DNA from: Octopus vulgaris
Lineage: Eukaryota
Direction of reading: 5' to 3'
Assembly: GCA_951406725.2 (NCBI GenBank)
Contig: OX597832.1
Location: 13,516,001 to 13,580,000, forward strand
Length of the DNA stretch: 64,000 bases
The notes beneath the pieces were generated by a model, which worked only from the letters and a program-made list of their open reading frames with translations, ran no database searches and had not been told where the DNA came from. Below, one piece after another: positions 13,265-26,756 of this stretch; position 1 is the stretch's first letter, and each line of letters starts with the position of its first letter. The translations under genes were made by a program, and so were the position numbers.

Positions 13265-13872
13265 CGTTTCTATTATATGCACAAGGCCTGAAATTTTGTG
13301 GGTGGGGCTAGTTGATTAAATCAACCCCATACTCAATTTGTACTTAACTTATCAATCCCGAAATGTTGAAAGGAAAAGTCGGCCTCGGTGGAACCAGATT
13401 TCAGAACATAGCGGCAGACGAAATACCTATTTCTTTACTGCCCACAAGGGGCTAAACACAGAGACGACAAACAAGGAGAGACAAACGGATTAAGTCGATT
13501 ATATCAACCCCAGTGCGTAACTGGTACTCATTTAATTGACCCCGAAAGAATGAAAGGCAAAGTCGACCTCGGCGGAATTTGAACTCAGAACGTAGCGGCA
13601 GACGAAATACCGCTAAGTTTTTCGTCCGGCGTGCTAATGAATCTGTTACAAGTAACATAAATAATACTTTCTACTATATGCACAAGGACTGAAATTTCGG
13701 AGGAAGGGGCAAGTCGATGAAATCGACCCCAGTACTCAACTAGTACTTAATTCATCGACCCCGAAAAGATGAAAGGCAAATTCGCCCTCGGCGTAATTTG
13801 AATTCATAACGTAGCGGCAGACGAAATACCACTAATCATTTCGCTCGGCGATTCTGCCAGCACCCTGCCTTA
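13265..13872 (-). mobile_element. Tandem cluster of three SINE-B copies
   Basis: Three repeats of cccgaaa..gaaagg(c)aaa(g/t)tcg.cctcgg...gcggcagacgaaatacc at ~13357, ~13540 and ~13760. Confidence 0.88.
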
Positions 13873-14093
13873 AGTGTAACATAAATAATGCTTACAGGAC
13901 ACACACACGTACACACAGAAAATAAAATAAAAACACGTATCACGAATGACGCCGAACAAAAGATTAAACGACGAATATAAAAGCGAGCCCGGGACAAGAA
14001 CCGCGTTACTCAGTGGGGAACCGGACTGCGGTCGAAATGTCTGGTGCTCGAACTAGCTCATACTAATAAAAAAAAAACGAACTATCAGATACA

Positions 14094-14513
14094 GGCGCAA
14101 GAGTGGCTGTGTGGTAAGTAGCTTGCTAACCAACCACATGGTTCCGGGTTCAGTCCCACTGCGTGGCATCTTGGGCAAGTGTCTTCTGCTATAGCCCCGG
14201 GCCGACCAATGCCTTGTGAGTGGATTTGGTAGACGGAAACTGAGAGAAGCCTGTCGTATATATGTATATATATATATAAGTGTGTGTGTATATGTTTGTG
14301 TGTCTCTGTTTGACCCCCCTAGCATTGCTTGACAACCAATGCTGGTGTGTTTACGTCCCCGTAACTTAGCAGTTCGGCAAAAGAGACCGATATAATAAGT
14401 ACTGGGCTTACAAAGAATAAGTCCCGGGGTCGATTTGCTCGACTAACGGCGGTGCTCCAGCATGGCCGCAGTCAAATGACTGAAACAAGTAAAAGAGTAA
14501 AAGAGTAAGAGTA
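14094..14513 (+). mobile_element. SINE family A, full length
   Basis: Near-consensus head, body and (agtaaaag)n tail. Confidence 0.95.
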
Positions 14514-14824
14514 TAACCAGATCCCGGAGAACAATAGTTTTGCTTCACCTACGAAGTACTGCACGTGTATGAAATGTAATGGAAAGCAGGTCAGTTTCAA
14601 AATAATAGTCCCTTCGTTTGATTTCTGGATGGAAGGAAATAAGAAACAAAATCTAATGATCAAAGACAATACACACCCACAGTGAGACAGACAGACAGAC
14701 AAACAGATACACACACACACACATACACATATTTCTATGTATACGCATATATAGATATATATAAAATTTGGTCAACAATCTAATGACGTACTAAAATCCC
14801 CAGGACCCGAATTATTCTTTTTAC

Positions 14825-14975
14825 CCCTAGGCACAAAGCAAGACATTTTGTGGGAGTGAGCTATTTGATTAGATTGACCCCAGTACGAAACTGGTACTTA
14901 ATTTATCGAACCCGAAAGGATTAAAGGCAAAGTTGACCTCCGCAGAATTTGAACTTAGATCGCTCGCTACCTTAG
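14825..14975 (-). mobile_element. SINE-B fragment
   Basis: gacccagtacgaaactggtacttaatttatcgaacccgaaaggattaaaggcaaagttgacctc. Confidence 0.8.
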
Positions 14976-15519
14976 AACCCTAATTATTGTCACATATATA
15001 CTAAGATTTAACACTTTATCGTAATGCCTTCCCTATTCTGACTTAAATTTTCTGTTACTTATTCTAATCTAGCTTTTGCTCTACCTTGGAATTATCCACG
15101 TGATTTATCCAACTAGTATTTATGGGAATTTAGAATCGTAAAGATACTAAAGAATAGCATAACATGTAGTGCTTCTCCTTATTCTCTGGGGTGAAATCAC
15201 TCCGATTCGAACATTATCTCTAATACCGGACTGATTATCAAGAATGGCACATAAGTACTTGTATCCATGTAAAGTAAAAAAAATCCTTCCTCTGTTTTGG
15301 CATTTCAATTACAGTCTATTCAAAACGCTTCTATAGATACTGTGTCTCCCCACGGGGGCCCATGTGGGTTAATGGACTGGAGGCTAGAGTAAACACAGAA
15401 ACACATGAATTCAGGAATCTGAATGAAGCATACTAGAGAGATGTTTGAAATGAACTCAACAAGAAGTATATACCTTTGTTCCACATCAGCTGACATCTCC
15501 GTTTCCACCAATAACATAG

Positions 15520-15520
<1 letters not shown>

Positions 15521-15567
<47 letters not shown>

Positions 15568-15587
15568 ACATACATACACACACACAC

Positions 15588-15648
<61 letters not shown>

Positions 15649-15668
15649 AACATACATATATATACATT

Positions 15669-15702
<34 letters not shown>

Positions 15703-15805
15703 AACATACATATATATACATTTATATATATATATGTACATATACATAATATATGTATATATATATATTATATATATATATATTATATATGGGTATATAT
15801 ATATG

Positions 15806-15870
<65 letters not shown>

Positions 15871-15935
15871 GTGTGTGTGTGTATACACACGCACACATAC
15901 ACACACATACACACACATATATATATATATTTATA
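15521..15935. repeat. Compound (TA)n/(CA)n microsatellite
   Basis: Seen directly. Confidence 0.95.
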
Positions 15936-17249
15936 TAAGCAAAGGTACGTGTAGGTTTGCAGAAATATCTCCTGGGAAAATATTAGCGGAAATGAGTTAC
16001 AATAAAATGTAATTTAATACAGGATTTCAAGGAAAGGGAATGCATATGTAAGTGCCTTTCAAACCAGAAATTTTCCACTTCACTTATATAAATGTGAAGT
16101 AATGAGATACTTTTCAAACTGAGAAAATGACAATATAGCGTCAGAGATTTCCTGAGCGTGCAGAAGTGTGATATTACAGGAAATACGATACGAAGAACAC
16201 TTGTAAGATATCCTTTATTGTATTTGAGTCGATGCAATATAAATTATATTTATTTTGAAATAACGATGATCTAACATATATAATGAATATATACGTTGGT
16301 TTCAAAGATAATTTGTTAACCTAGTAATCTTTCTGATGGCTAGAATATGAGAATATTGACGCAAGTATTCGGAAGACTTGAGCGGTCACACGACTGGGAA
16401 GTAAGAAACAATTATAATTCTACATTTCTTCCAATTTCTCTTTATGACGTTTGATTAATACCTCACAACAAACATGTCATGTAGAACAATGCGCAAACTT
16501 ATTTATATCTCAATTAATTTGGAAGGTTATATTTACTATTTTTTAATATCCCATTTCAGTGCCACTAACGTTTTTTTTTTTATATGGGAAACGAAAGGGC
16601 TATATAATTTTGTTATGCATTTTGAGAGAATGGGTTATCTCGCTTTACTGGAAATCACCATTTTTTTCTGTTTCATTTCCCATTTCGTTTACATCAATTG
16701 GCCACACACTAACGCATACATACATATAGAGATGCACACACATAAACGTTTTATGTGTGGGTTATGGAACTTGGAAATGATTTCACGTGGAAGTAGTCCC
16801 ACTAAACTTCAAGCGGATCGTTTAGAAATATTACTATTACTAGCAAGCTATTACATTTAGAATGACACTCTTCATGATTACGTGATTCTATGCTGGACTG
16901 CAGAATGAATGCAAAAATTAGAGGACGCATCTTTTAGGGATTTATTTACAAATTTTCCCCTTCGCTTGACCGGGAACTTACCAAGAATTTGCGTTCAATA
17001 AAAATAAATAACGTTATGACAGTACTTTCAGACATAAAATATTTTATAATTAGATGTATGCAACACATCTTGTTCATATATGTTACATGTACTTTAAAAA
17101 GCAGGTGGTTTCCACACGTCTTGGACGCCACAATTTGGCCCATGAAGTTACAAGTTCCTCAAAGTATATTTGTAAATTTCTATAAATGTATTTTGTTAAT
17201 TGTATTATGTCTTGAATATATGTTATGTATATCTTTTACATCAACGCGC

Positions 17250-17960
17250 AGTTTCGAGTTCCAGTATAATTGCCCCGGATTTTTTCTTAACATTTCCTTG
17301 TCGAGAGCATAATTGTTATATACTAATCCTACACGCTCGTCCATATATAAATCTACGGTGACAATTTTCCACTTCAATGTCAATGATATGTAATCTGTAG
17401 AGGCGAAAGAGGGCCGCCATATCTGTCTCTTTGCCTCCTCATGTTGATATCAAATAGTTCATCACCATGATTTATCAACCACCAAAATTTATCAAATAAA
17501 CGACTTCCTAACGCTCATTATAATGACTGCTCGATCTCAGAAATACTTGAATATGTTGTACTAAATTCGAATACCTTTCAGAGGGTGTTTGAAGATAAAG
17601 GCATACGTTTCTACGATGTTGAACTGAATAAATTTGTATTTGGTCTTATCTTTAATTGTATAGCGTCATTCAATATTTGCGTTGCAACATATCCATTGTG
17701 TGTGGCTTCAGGAAGTACTGAATGGTTGTTCTAGTTTTATCTAAACCAGATTTTCTGATTGTAACTGTTTTGCTTATTACCGGATGTATTATTCATCAGC
17801 TTGACTTTTGTAGGAATTCTATTTGTGACCCATCATGCTTAGAAAATTGATTTTCGGGTGGAGATGTTTTTCTCTATCTTCTCTGTTTAATTTCGTGGCT
17901 AGGATTTTGTGTCATCTTTGATTAACTAATAGGTACTATGGTTTCCGTTTTAAATACCTA
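17250..17960 (-). pseudogene. Decayed Penelope-like RT fragment
   Basis: Minus strand DKTKYKFIQFNIVETY (FIQFDIVEFYPSI), W..HGDELFDINM (LFDVTMG), VDLYMDE..GLV (GLYRDDGL); many stops and frameshifts. Confidence 0.7.
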
Positions 17961-18645
17961 ATTATATTATTGGTTAGTAATATATTGTTTGCGGGTTATC
18001 AATTCACAAATACCTTTCCGTTGGCTTTTGTACTGTACTGGGTCAGTTCATAAACATTACTAGAAATGCAATTAACTTAAATAAGATGCTAGTAGATCTA
18101 TGATAAAATTTAACATTTTTAATGAAATGTAGGATGTCATCAGTCTAGCAAGATGTCGTAGGTAAAGAGTTTTACAACATATGATACCAAATTGTAGTTT
18201 CTCATAAAGCCTGAACATGTATTTATCTAAAAAAATAATACATCTTCTGTTTCATTCTTCTGAAGACGTTTTATTCATATCGATAAGATACGTTATGTAA
18301 CATTCCTTGGTGGAATAGAAATGTTCTTCAGTCAAGAGTATGTCACAATAATTCATTTAGTGCTTCTCTGGTGTATCAAAACGTCAATCAACGAAAAGGA
18401 ATAACGCACAACACATTTAGTGTATAAATATGTTTTTAATTTCTGGATTACCAACGCGATTCATTTACAATGCTGCTAAATTAGATGAGAACATGTGATG
18501 TTATATGAAAGATGTGGGAATTCAAAATGAATGCATAGATTTTAGGGACTCCTTAATTGTAATGTCCCTTCAATTAGCCCTGGATGTTTAAAAACATAGG
18601 GTAAAACATTATCCCAGTTGCATGCACATACAACAGTTCAAACTA

Positions 18646-19147
18646 CAGTAATCCATCGACTATCGTGTGTGTAACGTTCCAAAACCTCTCACGATAGGTC
18701 AAAATCCGCGAAGTACAAACAGTACTGTATTGTATATATGTTTTACCATTTTTATAATTTGTATATATTTATTTTATTAAAAACTACAAAACAATACTAT
18801 ACACTCGCTTCCCGCGTTTCGTTTTTCATACATTATATCCGATTCTTTGTTTACTCATCTACAGTACACAACTTATTTTTTTTTAATATATTTTGATTAA
18901 TGTTGTTTACAGTGCAGTACTGTGGTCTATTTAATTTATCAATTTATTAATAAAAAATATAAATACCTAATTTATTAATATTATTATTAATACATGGCTA
19001 ATTTATTAATATTACTATTAATAAATACCTAATCTATTAATATTATTATTAATAAATACCAAATTTATTAATAAAAAATATGAATACCTATCGGACGCAG
19101 TAACCCGCGATACTCCGAGGAGTCCACAATATGGCATGGGATTACTC
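18646..19147. mobile_element. MITE, Tc1/mariner/pogo type (TA target, CAGT termini)
   Basis: TA|cagtaatccatcgactatcgtg ... cacaatatggcatgggattactc|TA imperfect TIRs; internal ~30-bp AT-rich tandem repeat 18940-19090; second copy at 60843-61495. Confidence 0.75.
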
Positions 19148-19189
19148 TATATCACTTAAAGCTTGACAATTCATCTAAACGCTTGATCA

Positions 19190-19555
19190 TCATAAAAGTT
19201 TGATAAATATTCTGCACAGTATATGCATAGTAAATATCCAAACAACTCCTTCCGGAACTGTAAACGGCGTTTATATATATAGCATGTGGTTCACTTTCTC
19301 CTTACCACATCCCAAATCATACCCCAACTTTGTTTTCTGCTTTATTTCACTCAATGCGATTATTCCCAGCACGAAAATCAGTGGGGATACGCTGTCGTCC
19401 TGGAATATTCCTCTCTTGATTTTCACCTCTCCTAATACTTGATTCCCTGCTGTCAGTTGCATTCTCCGGCATGTCATTCTATTCCATATAAGGTTTCTCA
19501 TATTTTTCTGCAACTCCATACGTGTCCATTATTCTTATTATCCAGGAGTGTGATC
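19190..19555 (-). pseudogene. R4/Dong-like (R2-group) non-LTR retrotransposon RT fragment
   Basis: HSWIIRIMDTYGVAE...LGEVKIKRGIFQDDSVSPLIFVLGIIALS...KVNHMLY (RGIFQGDSLSPLLF / NHLLYMDD). Confidence 0.85.
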
Positions 19556-19559
19556 CAGA

Positions 19560-20240
19560 CGGCTGCTTCCTCTTAAATTTCTTTAGAAGAAGACTGGTTA
19601 GACACTCTGTCACTAATAATAGCTATCAATTTTTTTAAATTTATAGGTGGGTGATAAAGCTGTTTATGTATATAGGTGAGTATCTCATTAGGCTTGTGGA
19701 AAGGTTTATATAAAGGGTTTAGTTCTAGGGAGACATCTAAAGGATTAACTATTGACAGATTAGTAGCTACTATAAATTTAAGACCTAATTGACTGAAAGT
19801 AGAAATAAGTTGTTTCCTAAATTTATCAAGGGTATGACCTTCACATCCATGGGAAATACTCAAACCGTGGACAAGGTATAGGCCAACGTCATGAGATGGG
19901 CACTTGGATATAAATTAGTTTAATGCAAATAATCGTAGAAGGCCAAATACGTCAACAGTATCGTACGGCGCCACAGATAAATCAAATAGTTCATCATTAT
20001 GAGACTTTTATTACCCATGTTAATCCTTCAAACAATAGTGTTTTCCCCGCATACCTTATAAAATCTATGTCCATAGAGTTAATATTAACATATGATTAGT
20101 GAAGCAGCGAACTAGATATGAGGGATAGACTGTCAAATTGGGTGACTTTAACCTCGTTTTTATTCTTAATGTTCTTAGACATATCTATTACAGTAAAACT
20201 GTTATTCCAATAACAGTAATACCGTAAGACTTTTATTCCC
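19560..20240 (-). pseudogene. Penelope-like RT (palm/thumb) fragment
   Basis: LFDLSVAPYD..DVFGLL; DVGLY..HGL; VNPLDVSLEL..YKPFHKPNEILTYIHKQLYHPP...ISDRVSNQSSSKEI*EEAA. Confidence 0.85.
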
Positions 20241-20544
20241 TACAATAACAATACCCTACTCAATAGTAGCTTTATTTTTTTAAAACTACTACGTTTTCTA
20301 CACGCTTCCTTCTCAATTTTTTGTGGTTCTGCTCTCATTCAATTTTTAATCTGTCATGGTGTGTGGTTTGTGCCTGATGATTATGTTTGGTATACTTTTC
20401 AACATATAAAACTATTAGTAGCACATACAAACATGTATTGTATGCATTAAATAATATTTGTCTCTCACAATATAATTTGTCTCTCACAAATTTTTTTGTT
20501 GATGTTACCATCACCAATCAGTATAATATATATATATATGTAAT

Positions 20545-21277
20545 ACAAAATGATACAATGACGCAAGATATCCGGATAGTTAGGTGATACAAAAACGGGA
20601 CAACAAAACATTCAGATAGACGATTCGAAGACAAGAAGGAGGGGGTCATTCGAAGTTCTCTGCTCTCAGTCAAGTACCAACTTATCTCCGCAATTTCGGC
20701 TGATTATACTTGAGATTGTTTCAATTTGACCAGACCCAAAGAAAAACTAATCTAAGAGCATTAGATTCCTTGGAAGAAAGCAGCGAATGTATACAAAATC
20801 AAGGACGGAAGAAAAGGGACAATGTTACACAAATACAATAAAAATGATAACATGACATAAAAACAGGTGTCTTTCGACTAAGGACGAAGTAAACTAACCA
20901 GGTGTGTGTGAAAATGAAACCTTACGGCAGGGATACAAGATTTCACAAACACAGGGAGGAATATCGATGTTGCACGGAAACGGCCAGACCAAAAAAAGAA
21001 AGAACGGGCTTGACCGAACGTCGGCCACGAGGGAAGAGAAGAGAGAGCGGTAGAAGTAGAGGGACAAAATAATTCAGGAGGGGCGCGAAAATGACAGGGA
21101 CGCAGTGAAGTGAAAAGTGCAGGGAAAGTGAGCAAGAAGAGAAGGCAAAGAAATATGAGAGAGGGGAATGAAAGAAGGAAGGTGTGGAATTTACGAATAA
21201 GCGTGAAAGTGCATGAAGGCCAGAAATTGAGTCTTACAAGATTTAGAAAAATGTACACTTACATATAAGAGACCAAA

Positions 21278-21341
<64 letters not shown>

Positions 21342-21452
21342 TGGAAAATGGTACAAGAACGCAAAACATCCGGACAGTTAGGTGATACAAAAACCAGATA
21401 ACAAAACACCCAGATAGACGATACAAAGAAAACAAGAACGGGTCATTCGATA
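20545..21452. repeat. Unclassified element with an ~105-bp direct repeat (20547-20652 / 21345-21450), each copy following (TA)n
   Basis: aaaatg.tacaa..acgcaa.a.atccgga.agttaggtgatacaaaaac...cagatagacga...gggtcattcga in both copies. Confidence 0.75.
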
Positions 21453-21498
21453 AATACACACATATGTATTTATGTATATATGTATGTATGTATATATG

Positions 21499-21631
<133 letters not shown>

Positions 21632-24600
21632 GTTGTGAGTGTGTGAGTGCGCGCACTTGTATGAAGATATAGACGTAAATTGCTGTCAAATACTGAACAT
21701 AATGTGATTTGTCTTAAGCTGAAACACAATCATAAATGATAGTTAGTATTATCATGTAAGCAGCTGTTATGTAGTCATGGATTTTTTTAAAGAATAGTGT
21801 AATGGGTTATAAATGTTTATAATCTGTGTGGTATAAATATTTACTTTTCTGAATAATTGAAATCTGCAGAACGAAAATGATTGATGGTTGACTAAATAAT
21901 ATTAACTGTTGAAAACCAGCAGAAGTTTATTTCTTAACTAAATAACTTGAATTGCTTATATATGAGGAAATAAATATAATAGTTAAAGCAAAGAAAATTA
22001 GCCGTTTTCGAAATCAACAATTTAAGAGAAATAAATCGTACGAGAGAAACACTTAATGTTACGACAAGAGAGAAAGAGTCTCACAAATAAGACAGTAAGC
22101 AAGAAGAAAATAGTTTCATAAATAAGGTCGATGTAAAGAAGTTGGTTGGTGATCTATAAGACGCAGCGAAGAAAGAGAGCAACATAGAAGGATGATACAG
22201 ACAAAAAAAAAAAAACAGAATGTGAAACGCAAAAGGAAAAGATAAGAAAAGTAAATTGGCGCAATCTAAGAGTTACTATTAATTGCATATTGAAAATTTG
22301 TATTATATACTCTATAGATAAAGCACAAATAAATTATATTGGGGATGTAGACGAGATTAGACAGTTTGCACCTGATAGGGTAATTGGATAAGCACTTAAA
22401 TATATTGCTGACGTGTTTGAAGGAGGAAGATATAGGTGATACAAATACATAGACATCTAGGCGGTCAAAATAAAACAGACGTAATCAAATTTTCATATAT
22501 GTTAGGAGACAGAAAAAATGCATACCCTCGGGACTATGCAAAATATTTATCCATTTAATTAACTGTTGAAGTGTTATTTTGAAAATACATTAACATTGAA
22601 GTAACATCAAATAAAATATATGTGCATTCAGGTCCATCGAATAAAGCTATATCTTTATCCTTTTAGCATGTAAGTAGTAAAATAATAAAAATGAAATTTT
22701 TTAAAAACCTGTTAGAAAGTAATAAATATTCGAATGCGACAGTCGGAAGGAAACAATTCAAGTTGAAAATCATAAAGAAAAAATACAAAATTACATCCGG
22801 TTTAATTCAATTTTTCTTAGAAACATAACATTTTAGTCAGAAATTGCAATATATTAATCGTTCGGTAGGAAAGGTATCTAAATCAGAAACATCTAAGAAT
22901 GAATAAAATATTTCAATAGTCCACCTTTCAGATTCATGCCTGAGTAGTTTCGAAATGGAGCAAAATTATTCTCATGGGGCACATTGTGAAATGGTGATAG
23001 CATCTAGAGCTGTATGGTCTTCCTCTTCGCGAGATACACCTGTGAAATTCGAAAGGAGCAGAACCAGGTGTTTCTGTTGCTATGTTTATTTGATAAACTC
23101 ACTGAAGATATGTTTCCCAGATACTTAAATATGAGTGAGAAAATAATTCGAGATTTCAAAGAATATCTACTCATAACAACACCTTTACACCGAACCTTTG
23201 TGTTGTGTTCTGTCTTTTATTTGACAAACGAAGGATTTCCTGAAATATAATTGTATCGTTAAAAACCTATGTGTAGTGATACAATATCTTGTACTTTTCA
23301 TTATTTATTTGCAAAAGCTTTCATATTTTTCATAATGTCTCACCTGCATCGCTTAAAGGACTTACAAACATTTGTATCATTTACACGTTGCAATATTTCA
23401 AACAATTTACATTAATATTTAATGAGTGTATTAGTGAATGTGCGTATGGATGTATATAGTGCCAATTTGCTATTTGAAAGAAGATACAGACAACAATTGT
23501 TTTATAAAGAAATCGATTTTGTACGTATATAATACATTCTGTTGTTTGCTGTATAAAATATAGCTGAATCTATAATTTTTTTCTTTATGCGAGAAATATC
23601 CAAGTAGATACTTGTACGTATGTGTGGGTGTATGACTTTGTGTGCATAGTTATGTCTATATATATATATATTATTTATCATTTAGTGGTGCGCATATATC
23701 AATACATCATTTAAAGTTTGAACAATATTTCCAATTTGTTATCTTCCACACTTTAAGCCACTAAAATTTATCACTGTTATCCTGTGTCAAAAGCCTACCT
23801 CTATTTATATCTTTCATATTTCTATGTTTCAGAAAGTCTCTGACATTTCCTTATTCTCTTCTAGTTTGCACTTTACGTCCATGTTTTCTACGTGTTTGAA
23901 ACTAAATTGTGATCGCAATTTTCTCATATAGGATTTATGGCACCAGAATTGCAGTAGCAAAAGACATCAAAGAAAATGCCTTTTATCTCTTTACACTCTG
24001 AATTGAAATATACCTCTCATGTTTCCTGAATCGGTCACAGAAAATACTGTTTAATACTGTGAGAAACCTAAGTGCTATAGATGCACATACTTTACTTATA
24101 TAAGACGACGAAATGTCACAACTTAACTAAACACAATCTATGGTTATCAAAATTTTAAAAGTAGATTTTACAAGTTAACAAACAGACAGTCTATCTCTAA
24201 CTATAACATTAACTGTTTGGTTTCCTACAAAAATTTTCTATAAATTAAACACGCACAATTTATTAACTATAGAATTTATGCCACATTAATTAATATATTT
24301 GTATGTATACTCACGTTACCCAAAATAGCGTAGAAGTCTATATCAAATAATCGTCTTAAGTAAAAGAGAATTAAGAAGCTACGATTATTTGTATACTAGG
24401 CATATTTAGATGCAAATACGAAGACAATGTGTTCGACAGACTGCTTATTGGTGCAAGAATTCTGCAACATCAGTGTTTCGACTATTCCGCGCTAGAATTA
24501 CTCGGAATTTTGAGACGTAGTAACAAAGCTGGCTTTGTTAATAAATTTAGCGAAGCATAAAGTTTATTGGTCGGTGCTTATACCAGCCAACCGATAAAAA

Positions 24601-24824
24601 ATCGTTATGAGCACCATATACTGCAATATTTGGAACGATTATAAGCTAGTTATTCTTAATGGTTCCAAGCAAGTTCGGGTGCAAAATATGCATCTTTGGC
24701 AATTACTATGCATATTTGCAAAACTTTTTCAACCATTGTAGCCATACGATATCAACATACATTTCGAAAGCATGAATATGCATTATCAAAAACTTAACTG
24801 TTTTCACGTCTTACAAGCTTTTAG

Positions 24825-24825
<1 letters not shown>

Positions 24826-24895
<70 letters not shown>

Positions 24896-25007
24896 ACAAA
24901 CTACCCGTCTACCTACAAAGCTACCTACCCACCTAACTACCTACCTACCTACCTACTTAGCTACTTACGTCTCTATCTATTTATCTATCTATATGTCTAT
25001 CTATCTG

Positions 25008-25091
<84 letters not shown>

Positions 25092-25205
25092 ACAAACTAC
25101 CCGTCTACCTACAAAGCTATCTACCCACCTACCTAACTACTTACATCTCTATCTATTTATCTATCTATCTGTCTATCTATCTATCTCTCTATCTATCTAT
25201 CCATC
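24826..25205. repeat. (ATCT)n/(ACCT)n compound satellite duplicated with ~196-bp period
   Basis: aacaaactacccgtctacctacaaagcta occurs at 24895 and 25091. Confidence 0.92.
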
Positions 25206-25779
25206 TTCTCGTTTATTAGAGGAAAATTATCCAATGAGAGATGATAATTCACATCATCGAATATCAACTCTTGTAACAGAATGATTTCAAAGAAAAAGAG
25301 GAGAGCAAAATAGCTTGGACAGAGACTCTAAACTTAAAACGAATATGAGTTTAAAATGCCTAATATTACTAATATTACTGGATTTAAATATAAGAAAATA
25401 CATCATTACGTCATTTCAGTATTTTCTAACACATAGCGAAAACTCGACTACTTTTCATTTACTTGTGAGAGAAGAACAAAAATTTAATGACAGTTATTGA
25501 ACGATGCCATCAACTCCCTCTCTGCCATCTTTAGTACAGTGCCCGGTTTTAACTTTTTGTACGCAACTTATGCATATATTTATATATACCGGATTCATCT
25601 ACAACAACATAAGCTCATATTCATAATCTGCGTCAGAGACAGAAGAGTTACGGCCTTGATTATTACAAAATAAAAATCAATAGTAAGCATAAACATAGAC
25701 ACAGAGTTGCCTGTGTGGTAAGAAGTTTGCTTCTGTGGTAGCGTTTGATAGTTCGATTATTGGTTCCGCTGGTAACACA

Positions 25780-26046
25780 CGATTTTTTTTTGGCAGGGGA
25801 GGATAGTCGATTAGATCGACTCCATTACGCAGCGGGTACTTCGGTTATCGACCCCCGTAAGGATGAAAGGCAATGTCGACTTCGGCAGAATTTGAACTCA
25901 GAACGTGAAGGTAGACAAAATACCGTTAAGCATTTCGCCCGGCCACGGTAACGATTCTGTCACCTCGGTGTCTTTGTATGACATATTTGTTTTCTACTAT
26001 AGCCACAAAGGCCCGAAATTTTTGGGAAGGTAGATCGATCCCAGTA
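25780..26046 (-). mobile_element. SINE-B copy plus an extra tail fragment
   Basis: atcgacccccgtaaggatgaaaggcaatgtcgacttcggcagaatttgaactcagaacgt...gcatttcgcccgg. Confidence 0.85.
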
Positions 26047-26193
26047 CACACACACACACACACACACGCAAAACGCGCACACACACACACACACACATAC
26101 AGACACACATTTTATTTCAGCATTGATTTCTTTTATTTATGCACACACATTTGTAACTTTATTTTAGTGTTCGCTTCTATGAGAATGTATACA

Positions 26194-26256
<63 letters not shown>

Positions 26257-26526
26257 AATTAAATTAGGCAGCGGTGTAGCAATGTATCACCAAACGACAA
26301 AATTATAATTGCCATTAAATATGACAGGTGGCAGTCACGAAACCTACAGTGCTAGAAATAAGAGTAAAGTGTGCTCTGATGCTGCAGTTAATATACATAA
26401 TTGCATCAATACAAATTGACAGAGTCCGTAAACGGCCGAAAAGGGGCAGTCGTGATAAGGATACACCGCCGACGGCTTCAAATTTAGGGTCGAACAGCCT
26501 TCAGTAGGAGAGACACAACTCGCCAG

Positions 26527-26558
<32 letters not shown>

Positions 26559-26676
26559 GCTTATCTATATACCCTGAAGTGATCTATTAATAATGCATAA
26601 ATCGCTGTGGAAATAAACAAGTATTTTCAATGTTAAACTTAATCATTGTCTTTCTTATCAATCTACACACATATGC

Positions 26677-26756
<80 letters not shown>

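Noticed and set aside
13265-13872. Repeat-spacer-like periodicity suggestive of CRISPR
   Set aside because: The units are ~200-bp SINE copies in eukaryotic DNA; no short identical repeats with unique spacers and no cas genes.
14094-14170. tRNA-like A/B boxes
   Set aside because: SINE heads; no complete cloverleaf tRNA gene could be supported.
14053-14325. Recurrent ORFs 'FSFRLPNPLTRHWSARGYSRRHLPKMPRSGTEPG'
   Set aside because: Antisense translation of SINE-A, not a gene family.
22932-23066. Possible exon (ctttcag|...cag|gtgttt)
   Set aside because: No recognisable domain; splice signals at chance level.
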